Positions 1 to 7,676 of a stretch of DNA of 64,000 nucleotides are shown here, one piece after another (the first letter of the stretch is position 1; every line of letters begins with the position of its first letter). Where the stretch lies: contig CALWHN010000001.1 of assembly GCA_944380415.1 (NCBI GenBank), positions 1,201 through 65,200 on the forward strand, in the 5' to 3' direction. The notes under the pieces were generated by a model. That model saw only the letters and a list, made by a program, of their open reading frames with translations. It made no database searches and had not been told where the DNA came from. Source of the DNA: an uncultured Clostridia bacterium (GTDB lineage: Bacteria; Bacillota; Clostridia; Christensenellales; UBA1242). Position numbers and translations under genes: made by a program.

Positions 1-43
1 AAAACTGAAAATATTATAAGTGAAACTGATACTATAAGAAATA

Positions 44-913
44 TTAACATTCTATTCGCTCCCTATAATTTTTTATTAATTCCATTATATCTATTAAAAA
101 GATGGTCTTTCCTTTTTTGCTTAAATCTGTTTTAAACTTATTTTTAAATAAATTTAGTATATCATTTGTTTTAAATTGGGAAATTAAAGGAATATTCTTG
201 TGAATATCTTTTATTAATGCCGAAAAGGCATCTTTACCTAAAGTTTCAGTGAGATATATTAGAGTAGATAAAAAGTACTCGTCAACTTTTTTTCTTTTAA
301 CATATCTTTCATAAAAGTTATCTAGCTCACAATTCAAATTAGTTTTTGTTGAATCTATTGTAATTTCCTTGTTCAAGCCCTGATTCAACTTTAAATTTCT
401 TACCTCTAAAATTTGTCTATCTTCGTCACTGTATATTATTTTATAACTATTACTCAAACTTGAAAGAGTTTTTAGAGTAAAGCAATAGTAATCGTATGTA
501 GCAAGAATGTTTTGAGTGGATTTTGTTTCGCGTAAAGTTTTGTGATTTTGCGCTATTTTATCAAAAGGATAAAGAAAAATATAAATAACATCTGGGAAAA
601 ATAAGTCCTTATTTAAAATTGCTCTTTCAATTTTGTCTAGCAGTATCTTCTTGTTTTGTTCTGTTAAATCTTTTGTATATTGGGTATAGATAAATGTGGA
701 AATGATAGATCTATCTAGTAAAATGTTTTTACTGGGGCACTTAGCTTTCTTAGATATTTCCTCATTAATATAGTATTCTTGTTGCTCAAATGGGTTAGGT
801 ATCTTAACAAATTGTGTTTCGGGAATGCATACAAAATCTTTGTGCTTATCAAGAAATTGTTTTATAAAATATGTTTTCCCAGAATGTACGTTACCTTCAA
901 AAGCAATTACCAT
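44..913 (-). CDS. P-loop nucleoside/nucleotide kinase-fold protein (dNK / dTMP-kinase-like) with an uncharacterised C-terminal extension of about 100 aa
   Basis: 289-aa ORF. It has an N-terminal Walker A (FEGNVHSGKTYF) and LLDRSIISTFIY, which resembles the DRY/ERS-type motif of dTMP and deoxynucleoside kinases. AGGAGA lies about 10 nt upstream. The start overlaps the stop of the upstream radical SAM ORF by 7 nt. The sequence is very AT-rich. Confidence 0.55.
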   Translation of the reverse strand: MVIAFEGNVHSGKTYFIKQFLDKHKDFVCIPETQFVKIPNPFEQQEYYINEEISKKAKCPSKNILLDRSIISTFIYTQYTKDLTEQNKKILLDKIERAILNKDLFFPDVIYIFLYPFDKIAQNHKTLRETKSTQNILATYDYYCFTLKTLSSLSNSYKIIYSDEDRQILEVRNLKLNQGLNKEITIDSTKTNLNCELDNFYERYVKRKKVDEYFLSTLIYLTETLGKDAFSALIKDIHKNIPLISQFKTNDILNLFKNKFKTDLSKKGKTIFLIDIMELIKNYRERIEC

Positions 914-2373
914 ACGTTTAAAGTCTCCTGGCCATGTGGTATCATGGAAAACACATCAAAATCCAGAGCCATTAATTTTTTGAAGAAAAACAAATAATTA
1001 ATCTCGCTTTTTGAATATAATGTTTTAAGCGCGTTAATATGGCTCTCTTCTATGCGCTCTGTTCTTATAACATCAATAATTAACTTGTAAATTTTATTAT
1101 TTTTCTCTTTTTTTAACTTATAAAAATTTAACAGGTCACTTTTGTATTTATCATACTTATTGTATCTTTTCAATAAACCTTCAGCAAGTGAGATGCCATT
1201 AAAAAATTGCTCGAAATTGCGGATGTTTATGTTATTAAATAGATCTGTCAGATTATTAAATGCTTTTTCAACCTTTTTATCATCAAAGCTATAGTTATAG
1301 GCCATATCTATTTTGGATTTGTTTTCTGTAAGGAGGTAAGCATCTTTTGTGTTTGGCAAAATTCTTAGCTTCTCTATAATTATTCCTAATCTAAATAATT
1401 TCCCCAATGATTTCAAATACTTTAGGTTATCCAATAAAGATTGAAAAGATACTTGTTTATAAAACAGGATATATCCAATGTGATAAGATATATTCAAAGC
1501 GTCCAATTTTTTAATCATGTTTTCGGTGTTTTTCGTGGATAAAAATTTTGAATAATGACTTGAGAAGTCACTTGAAATATTTTCTACTCCAAAAAAAACT
1601 CTTACAAGGCCAATATCTTTCAGCTCTTTTAGGAGATTATCAGGAATCAAAGGCGCCAATGAGAGATAGACATAAAAACTAAAGACAAGTTTTCTTTTCT
1701 TTACTTCTTTACAAAATGCAAGAATTTTTTCATCATCTTGCTTTCCTGACCAAAAAATACAGTCATTAAATATAAAGAATGTTTTATTGCATTTGATGAG
1801 ATATTCAATTTCATCGACTAGTTCAGATATGCTTTTAGATGTCCTTGTATAATTTAATAAATTAATATGGCAAAATTCGCATTTTTTAATGCAGCCATTG
1901 TTTAGTTCAATGTTTATATATTTCCCGTGTTCGCTCAATTCAATTTCTCTGTCAATATTGCAAATAACTGTATCTTTCTTAACTTTGGGGCCAATACTTG
2001 GAAATGTTAAATTTATGTCATTATCATTAAGGAGGTTAAATATTTCGAAAAAACGATGTTTTTTTTCAATTCTTTTCTTATTTAAGCATGCGAAAACGCC
2101 AGTTAAATATATTTTTTTGTTATATTTTTCATATAAATTTTTAAAATAATTAGCGCCGATTTCATAATCTTTATAATTGCATTTATAAATTATGTAATCA
2201 AAATTTTCTATGTTTTCCATAGCAGCAATATTGTCATAAACATTACTTTGGTTTAGTAAAAATAATTTTACTTCATAACCTTTATGTAAAAGCTTGTTTG
2301 ATAGTTTGCCGACAGAAAGAGAAGCTGCCGATTGAGTATACAATGTTCTAAAATAAAAAATTCCTATTTTCAT
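907..2373 (-). CDS. Radical SAM enzyme with an N-terminal B12-binding-like (Rossmann) domain
   Basis: 488-aa ORF. A CX3CX2C cluster motif (NNGCIKKCEFCHINLL) follows an N-terminal domain of about 150 aa (MKIGIFYF...KGYEVKLFLLN), the layout of cobalamin-domain radical SAM proteins. AAGGAG lies 5 nt upstream of the ATG. It is packed 2 nt from the upstream gene. Confidence 0.65.
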   Translation of the reverse strand: MKIGIFYFRTLYTQSAASLSVGKLSNKLLHKGYEVKLFLLNQSNVYDNIAAMENIENFDYIIYKCNYKDYEIGANYFKNLYEKYNKKIYLTGVFACLNKKRIEKKHRFFEIFNLLNDNDINLTFPSIGPKVKKDTVICNIDREIELSEHGKYINIELNNGCIKKCEFCHINLLNYTRTSKSISELVDEIEYLIKCNKTFFIFNDCIFWSGKQDDEKILAFCKEVKKRKLVFSFYVYLSLAPLIPDNLLKELKDIGLVRVFFGVENISSDFSSHYSKFLSTKNTENMIKKLDALNISYHIGYILFYKQVSFQSLLDNLKYLKSLGKLFRLGIIIEKLRILPNTKDAYLLTENKSKIDMAYNYSFDDKKVEKAFNNLTDLFNNINIRNFEQFFNGISLAEGLLKRYNKYDKYKSDLLNFYKLKKEKNNKIYKLIIDVIRTERIEESHINALKTLYSKSEINYLFFFKKLMALDFDVFSMIPHGQETLNVW

Positions 2374-2375
2374 AA

Positions 2376-3233
2376 TTACTCCTTAACTTGAGCTAATTTG
2401 CAATTGCAGCATAAATCAGGGGCAACTAATTTTTTATCATATAAGTGTTTTCTTAAAGAGTTATATTCTTTAGAATTCCAAATTTCGATGATTGAGTTTT
2501 TATTTAGATTTCCAACAACATATTGATGTTTCCAGTCTTGACAACAAAAAACAACATCTCCATCGGCCAGTATGTGCATTCTTTCTAACGGCCTAAATTG
2601 CTCGCAAAAATTAACCTTATCGTTATAAAAGTTATTGGTCTGGTTCTTAACATTTTTTGCCCGATCAAGAAAACCCCATTTATTAAATTCGAAATTTAGT
2701 TTGGTTGCTAGGGCTTTCATTTTTTGGAATTCTATTTCATTTATTTGCCCGTTATCAATCATAACTATTGATATTTTTGTTTTCGAATCTTTAAAAACTT
2801 TGGATAACTTATGCAAATTTTTAAATACCACACTTTTTGTCAAATTGGGCATCATTTTATTATAAGTTTTCTTATAATAACCAAAGACGCTCAACCTTAA
2901 TTCAGTAATATTTAACTTTAACAATTCGTTCATTATATCTTCTGTTAATAAAGAAGCATTTGTGGAAATTTCTAGTTCCGCATTTGGGCAATTCGCTCGC
3001 AATACTTTTATTTGACTTATATAATTTTTGTCAATAAATGGTTCGTTATTTAAATAGGGTATTATCCTTTTAAGATTTAACATTTTTAACTCGTTGATAA
3101 GCTTTAAAAATAAGGATGTTGACATATATTCTGGTTTATATTTCATATCCTTGTAAGGACAAATTGAACAACAAGAATTGCACAAGTTGCAAAATTGAAC
3201 CTCTATAATTTGCGGGCTTTCAGACAATTCCAT
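2376..3233 (-). CDS. Radical SAM / SPASM(twitch)-domain protein
   Basis: 285-aa ORF. A CX3CX2C motif sits at the extreme N-terminus (FCNLCNSCCSICPY). The C-terminus is Cys-rich (CEQF..., FCCQDW, CCNCKLA), which is typical of SPASM/twitch auxiliary-cluster domains. Confidence 0.65.
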   Translation of the reverse strand: MELSESPQIIEVQFCNLCNSCCSICPYKDMKYKPEYMSTSLFLKLINELKMLNLKRIIPYLNNEPFIDKNYISQIKVLRANCPNAELEISTNASLLTEDIMNELLKLNITELRLSVFGYYKKTYNKMMPNLTKSVVFKNLHKLSKVFKDSKTKISIVMIDNGQINEIEFQKMKALATKLNFEFNKWGFLDRAKNVKNQTNNFYNDKVNFCEQFRPLERMHILADGDVVFCCQDWKHQYVVGNLNKNSIIEIWNSKEYNSLRKHLYDKKLVAPDLCCNCKLAQVKE

Positions 3234-3235
3234 AT

Positions 3236-3838
3236 TTATAATTCCCTTTCTTCAAAATGTTTTCCTATGTTTTCATTTATTATTGATTTTGATTGTTCAA
3301 AGACCTCTTCTATGCTCAAATCAGTCGTATCTATATACTTAAAATTCATATTTTTTGATTTTGCATATATTAATGCTTTATTAGTTCGAAGGCTCAAATC
3401 CCTATGATCAATTTGTTTGTCTCTATCAAGTAATCTCTGTTTTCTTGTGTTGGTATCGGCATCTAACAAAATACTTAGATCGAAACCAATTCCATTTTCT
3501 AAAAGTTTGTCAAATATGTAATTTGTTGTTTCATTGCCATTGTAAATATAGCAAGATAATATCCCTCTATCAATTATATATAATTCATCTTCATTTAAAA
3601 CGTTTTTTAGATAAACTAAAAATTTGCAAACAAACTTTGCCCTATCTTCATTGGGCAAGTTTTCTGCTAAATTGGTTTGCATTGATTTGTCTGCTAGAGC
3701 CTTCCAATTAGCGCCAAATTTTCTTTTATAATATGTATAAATAGGTTTCTCTATTAGAGTGCAATTATAATACATCTTTAATTTTTGTGCTAATGTTGTT
3801 TTCCCAACGCCATCAGCTCCATCTATAGTTATTATCAT
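3236..3838 (-). CDS. Thymidylate-kinase-like P-loop kinase
   Basis: Contains ITIDGADGVGKTTLAQKL (the Tmk-type IxxEGxDGxGKTT P-loop) and IIDRGILSCYIY (a DRY-like motif). I place the start at the second ATG (3838) because GGAGA lies 6 nt upstream and the predicted transcription start falls downstream of the first ATG (3853). Confidence 0.6.
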   Translation of the reverse strand: MIITIDGADGVGKTTLAQKLKMYYNCTLIEKPIYTYYKRKFGANWKALADKSMQTNLAENLPNEDRAKFVCKFLVYLKNVLNEDELYIIDRGILSCYIYNGNETTNYIFDKLLENGIGFDLSILLDADTNTRKQRLLDRDKQIDHRDLSLRTNKALIYAKSKNMNFKYIDTTDLSIEEVFEQSKSIINENIGKHFEEREL

Positions 3839-3855
3839 TTTAATTCTCCGCATTT

Positions 3856-3884
3856 ATTATAACATTACACTGGCTCTATGTCAA
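3856..3884 (-). promoter_or_regulatory. SigA-type promoter for the kinase/radical-SAM operon
   Basis: On the minus strand the sequence reads TTGACA, a 17-nt spacer, then TATAAT, with TGt just upstream of the -10. This is a perfect consensus about 18 nt upstream of the 3838 start. Confidence 0.7.
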
Positions 3885-3946
3885 TGTCGAAAATTTTTTA
3901 AAGGCAAATGAAATACTCCCAATTAAATAAAATTTATTGGAATTGG

Positions 3947-3975
3947 TTGGAGAAAATGACAATTTGTGATAGTAT
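3947..3975 (+). promoter_or_regulatory. SigA-type promoter for the frameshifted membrane-protein gene
   Basis: TTGGAG, a 17-nt spacer, then TAGTAT with an extended -10 TG (tgaTAGTAT). It is followed by AAGGAGG and the ATG at 3997. Confidence 0.55.
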
Positions 3976-3996
3976 GTATTTAGGAAAGGAGGTTAT

Positions 3997-4594
3997 ATGA
4001 AGAAATTTTTATCAATGACGCCGGTTATGGCTGTTTTGCTTGTCTTGGCTTTGGGGGGGCCTTGGGCTTTACATTGGCCTTTTGGCAAGGCCAGTTAGCT
4101 ATGGAATGCCCTACACCTATTCTCAAACCCTTGAAGGAACGGGCTTTGAAGAGGTTGACGGGCAAACGCAAAACGTTACCATCAATTTTGAAAGTGATGA
4201 GAAGGCAGTTTTGAAAATGGAAATGAATGGCGAGGTTAGCAAACTTACATATTGGACCGTTAGAAACGGCAACAAAGTTTGGTTTGTTGCAGACGCAAAT
4301 TCTTTTACATACGAGCAGTTTAAAGAGGCAATTAAAGAAATTAAAGCAGACGCTAACGAGTGGGACGCAATTTGGAGCGAAGATAGCAGCGATATCCAAA
4401 TCCTTCACGTTAATGCTTTTGAGATTTCAAGCAATTTATCCCCCGACACATTTAAATGCACGGGCGCAATTGTCTTTGCAGCAGTTTGGGGAGCCATTGA
4501 AGTTGCGCTAATTGTCTTTGCAGCTCTTTCACTCAACTTTTATCTTAAAGGGAAAAAACAAGAAAGCAAGCCCGCTGAAACAGAGCGGCAATAA
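3997..4594 (+). pseudogene. Bitopic membrane/secreted protein gene interrupted by a +1 frameshift in a G7 tract
   Basis: A strong RBS (AAGGAGG) sits 5 nt before ATG 3997, which encodes MKKFLSMTPVMAVLLVLALGG. That frame stops at about 4096. The long ORF (track 4040..4594) continues in the +1 frame from the G7 run at 4053-4059. Removing one G gives a continuous 198-aa protein with an N-terminal signal/TM segment and a C-terminal TM segment (AIVFAAVWGAIEVALIVFAALSL). Confidence 0.6.
4053..4059 (+). repeat. Homopolymeric G7 tract at the frameshift point
   Basis: The sequence reads ttGGGGGGGcc. It is the only position where the two reading frames of the gene can be joined. Confidence 0.9.
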
Positions 4595-4611
4595 AAGGAT
4601 TGTAAACAATT

Positions 4612-4645
4612 AAAAAGCCCATGATTACATGGGCTTTTTTGTTTT
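4612..4645 (+). terminator. Rho-independent terminator
   Basis: The stem aaaaagccc / gggcttttt encloses a 10-nt loop and is followed by a T-run. It lies 18 nt after the stop at 4594. Confidence 0.7.
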
Positions 4646-4691
4646 ATGAATTACAACTAATAGTTTAGAACAAATTGAACATATTAATAGC

Positions 4692-5519
4692 ATGAAAAAA
4701 AGTTTTCTGTTGGCCACTGTTTTAATAGTTTTGCTAGGTTTGTGTTTTGGCGGATGCTCTAAAAGCACAATTGGAATAAATTTAATTGAGGAGTGTAATT
4801 CGCTTTCAACAACCTTGGTTAGCGCGTTTTTTAATCAAGATAGTCTTCCAAAGGCAACGGAGGAAAATTTTTATGTTTTGGTTTCGCAAGAGGAGGAGCA
4901 AGATTTAACAGCGGTAACAATTAACAATGTTATATACAAAAAAGATATGCTGGTTAAGTTCAGCGTTGGAAACAACAATTTTTTGGAAGAGCCAGTTTGG
5001 CGGCTTGAGGAAGGAAAATTTTATGTTGCGCTTCCAACGCTTTTTGTTGAGGCAAAGGGCGGAATTACAAAAATTGAGGCTGGGAACAAAACTTATATGC
5101 TAAGAGTTTATGAGGATTTTGGGGGAATTAGCCTTGGAAAAGTTGGCGCATATGGGGAAATTGAGGGCGCAGGGGCAAGCAAAACAACAGATTCCTCTGG
5201 AAAAACTGTTGTAACCCACACTCGCCAAAGCGCAAAAACCTTTGTTGGTTGGGAACTTTTAAAGAGCGGAAAGCCAATTGAAGAGGGAAAAATTATCTAC
5301 ACCAAAAAACTCTATGAAAAAGAAAAGACAATTTCCTATGGAGTTGACGTTTCCGTTAACTCAAAAATTAAAGGCTATTCCAGCGGACTTTATAATTATT
5401 ATGAAAACGGAGATGTAAAAACCCCGCTAAACCGAGTTATTGACTACACAATTGCAATTCCAAACATTGGAAACATAAATTTTGAAATAAAAATGTTTGA
5501 AAAAACCCCAGAAGATTAG
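4692..5519 (+). CDS. Hypothetical lipoprotein
   Basis: 275-aa ORF. The N-terminus MKKSFLLATVLIVLLGLCFGGCSKS looks like a signal peptide with a lipobox-like FGGC. I recognise no catalytic motifs and no clear SD. Confidence 0.5.
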   Translation: MKKSFLLATVLIVLLGLCFGGCSKSTIGINLIEECNSLSTTLVSAFFNQDSLPKATEENFYVLVSQEEEQDLTAVTINNVIYKKDMLVKFSVGNNNFLEEPVWRLEEGKFYVALPTLFVEAKGGITKIEAGNKTYMLRVYEDFGGISLGKVGAYGEIEGAGASKTTDSSGKTVVTHTRQSAKTFVGWELLKSGKPIEEGKIIYTKKLYEKEKTISYGVDVSVNSKIKGYSSGLYNYYENGDVKTPLNRVIDYTIAIPNIGNINFEIKMFEKTPED

Positions 5520-5520
5520 G

Positions 5521-5571
5521 GGCCTTTATTGTACAATAAAGACCAGCCCTTTGAATTGGGGCTGGTTTTTT
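5521..5571. terminator. Convergent (bidirectional) terminator region
   Basis: There are two hairpins: ctttattg-ta-caataaag, and accagccc-tttgaatt-gggctggt followed by TTTTTT. They sit between the convergent genes ending at 5519 (+) and 5570 (-). Confidence 0.7.
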
Positions 5572-6391
5572 ATGACGCTGAAAATTCCTTTTTCTTTTCT
5601 TCAAATTTGTCCAAAATGTCGTTATAGGCGCTCATCTTAGTTTTAACAAGGTCTGTTTCCCACGGCTTTATTCGATAGAAAAAATTATTGTTTTTTCTAA
5701 CATTACAGAAGTGGTGGACAACAATTTCTGGATAGTATTTATCTTTTGAATTGAATTTTTCTGGGAGGATTTTTTTATATTTAACTGTTTTGTTAAGCAC
5801 ATCTTGATCTGGATACAACATTTTCTTGTCATGGCAAAGTTTTCTTGCGCGCTCAAACATTCCCGTTTCTCTAATTTTTTTCATGTTTAAAAGCAAAACG
5901 CCAGAATTAAAGTAATCTTTAATTCCCCAGCGAGAAGGGCTTGTCCAGTTGTAAATGTCTTTAACGCAAGCAAGTTCAAAGTTTTCAACGTCAACATTGT
6001 ATAATTCTGAAAGATCGTTGTTGATGATTGTGTCTGTGTCAAGGTAAATTATCTTGTCTGGGATTTGCGGAAGTTTGTCCGCAAAGAGGCGAAGCATTGC
6101 GTAAGGAGTAAAATGATTTCTCATATTAACGCTGTCTAACATTTCCGCCTTAAACATCACTGTTAAATCAATTAATTCAAGGGTGTTTTCTTTGTTTCCT
6201 TCCTTTAAAATTTGCTCTAAAAACATTGCCTGGGCGTTTGAAATTGGAATGAACTTTGGGTTAATTTCCCTTAAATCCATTGTTAGGCAGTATGCGCAAA
6301 TTTTTTCCTTTGTGTGTTTGGTTATTGAAAGAAGCGAAATTAACATTCCGTCAAAAACCTTGTTGTTCCCCGCAAAAAGCAAATTAATCAT
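5570..6391 (-). CDS. Glycosyltransferase family 8 (retaining, LPS/glycan glycosyltransferase-like)
   Basis: 273-aa ORF. It has MINLLFAGNNKVFDGMLISLLS, a DxD motif in IIYLDTDTIINNDL, and NSGVLLLN, all typical of GT8. AAGGAGA lies upstream. The start overlaps the GT4 stop by 8 nt. Confidence 0.7.
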   Translation of the reverse strand: MINLLFAGNNKVFDGMLISLLSITKHTKEKICAYCLTMDLREINPKFIPISNAQAMFLEQILKEGNKENTLELIDLTVMFKAEMLDSVNMRNHFTPYAMLRLFADKLPQIPDKIIYLDTDTIINNDLSELYNVDVENFELACVKDIYNWTSPSRWGIKDYFNSGVLLLNMKKIRETGMFERARKLCHDKKMLYPDQDVLNKTVKYKKILPEKFNSKDKYYPEIVVHHFCNVRKNNNFFYRIKPWETDLVKTKMSAYNDILDKFEEKKKEFSAS

Positions 6392-7538
6392 TTTTCTTCT
6401 CCTTAAAATATATGTTTAAAAGCTTTTCAACAACGCCGTCCCAAGACAAGTATAAATCATTTTTTGCCTGTTTGCAAACGGCTGAATAATTTGTATCATT
6501 AAAAATTTCGATTATTTTTTTTGCAAATGAATTTGGCTCCGCATCTGCAATATATCCGTTAACTCCATTAATACAGCTTGAAGAAGCAACGCTTCCTTTT
6601 GCAAACAGTGTTGGAGTTTCAAAGGCTGCTGCCTCAATTTTTACAATTCCGTCAGTATCGTAAAAGGATGGAAAAACATTTAAATCTGCACTTGCAAGAT
6701 ATGCAGACTTTAAGCTTTGATCGAGAATTTTTCCAACGAAAACAATTTCTTTTGAGAGGTTATTGGCGTTGACTTTTTTCTTAAAATATTTTTCATCTTG
6801 GCCTCCACCAACGATAAACAATTTAAAATGAAAATTTTCTTGTTTTAAGATTTTACATGAATCAATTACCAAATCAATATTTTTTAATTTTGTAAGACGA
6901 CCGATGTTAATTAAGATTTTTTCATCTGTTAAGTTGTTATTTTTCTTTATTTCGGCTATTAAATCGGTCAAGTTCTGGTTTGGAGCAAGGTCTGTTCCGT
7001 TGGGTAAAAGTTCAATTCTGCCCTTATATCCGTAACTTTTTATTATTTCAGAGCATTTTGGATTCATTGTTAAAAGGAGGTTTGCCCGGTTAAAAACTTT
7101 GGTTATAATTTTTAACAAAAGTTTTGTTACAAGCTTGGATTTTGTCGCCCTCATGAAATCTTGCTTGAATTGGCTGTGGAAGGTTGCAACAACTGGAATT
7201 TTGTTTTTGTTGCCAAAGTTTGCCGCCATTTTTCCAATTGAAAAGGGGCTGTGAATATAAATTACATCTAAATTTGCCGCCTTAATTTCCTTTTTAAAAA
7301 CATTGTCAAGCTTTGGAAGCGGAAGGCGATAGTCCAAATTAAAAAACTTTGCGCTTTTGCAAAAAACAATTTTGTATGGAAGGTTTGAGCCTGTGTAATT
7401 TTTGTTAACCTTTGGCGCAAAAACCGTTACATTTGCAAATTTGCAAAGCCTTTTTGCATAGTTGTCAACAACGTTTATAACGCCGTCTACCATTGGAAAC
7501 CATGTGTCAATAAAAAGCCCTATGTTAAGTTTTTCCAT
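6384..7538 (-). CDS. Glycosyltransferase family 4, resembling Firmicute diacylglycerol glycolipid synthases
   Basis: I place the start at the internal ATG (MEKLNIGLFIDTWFPMVDGV...) because AAGGA lies upstream. The N-terminal IGLFxDTxFPxxxGV motif and the C-terminal FPSFYDTDGIVKIEAAAFETPTL are typical GT4 (group 1) signatures. The glycolipid-synthase assignment is family-level inference. Confidence 0.6.
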   Translation of the reverse strand: MEKLNIGLFIDTWFPMVDGVINVVDNYAKRLCKFANVTVFAPKVNKNYTGSNLPYKIVFCKSAKFFNLDYRLPLPKLDNVFKKEIKAANLDVIYIHSPFSIGKMAANFGNKNKIPVVATFHSQFKQDFMRATKSKLVTKLLLKIITKVFNRANLLLTMNPKCSEIIKSYGYKGRIELLPNGTDLAPNQNLTDLIAEIKKNNNLTDEKILINIGRLTKLKNIDLVIDSCKILKQENFHFKLFIVGGGQDEKYFKKKVNANNLSKEIVFVGKILDQSLKSAYLASADLNVFPSFYDTDGIVKIEAAAFETPTLFAKGSVASSSCINGVNGYIADAEPNSFAKKIIEIFNDTNYSAVCKQAKNDLYLSWDGVVEKLLNIYFKEKKND

Positions 7539-7603
7539 AAAATTCCTTGCTTGGACATTATAGCATAACAAGGCCTTCATAGCAAGTTAAAATGAAAAAT
7601 TGT

Positions 7604-7632
7604 TTGACAGAAGGGGAGGATAAAGATATAAT
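7604..7632 (+). promoter_or_regulatory. SigA-type promoter upstream of valS
   Basis: TTGACA (7604-7609), a 17-nt spacer, then TATAAT (7627-7632), a perfect consensus. The leader to ATG 7677 is only about 40 nt. Confidence 0.7.
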
Positions 7633-7676
7633 AATATCGCACACTTTTGTGGGCGATTTTATTACGAGGAAAAGAC

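Noticed and set aside
4025-4511. ORFs 4025..4408 (-) and 4227..4511 (+) overlapping the frameshifted membrane-protein gene.
   Set aside because: They are nested in or antisense to the better-supported gene, which has a promoter, RBS and signal peptide. Their translations are Cys/Phe/Lys-rich with no start signals.
7539-7676. I looked for a T-box riboswitch upstream of valS.
   Set aside because: The intergenic region is only 138 nt and is largely taken up by a consensus promoter. I saw no specifier/antiterminator architecture or T-box sequence (AAUNNGGUGGNACCGCG-like).
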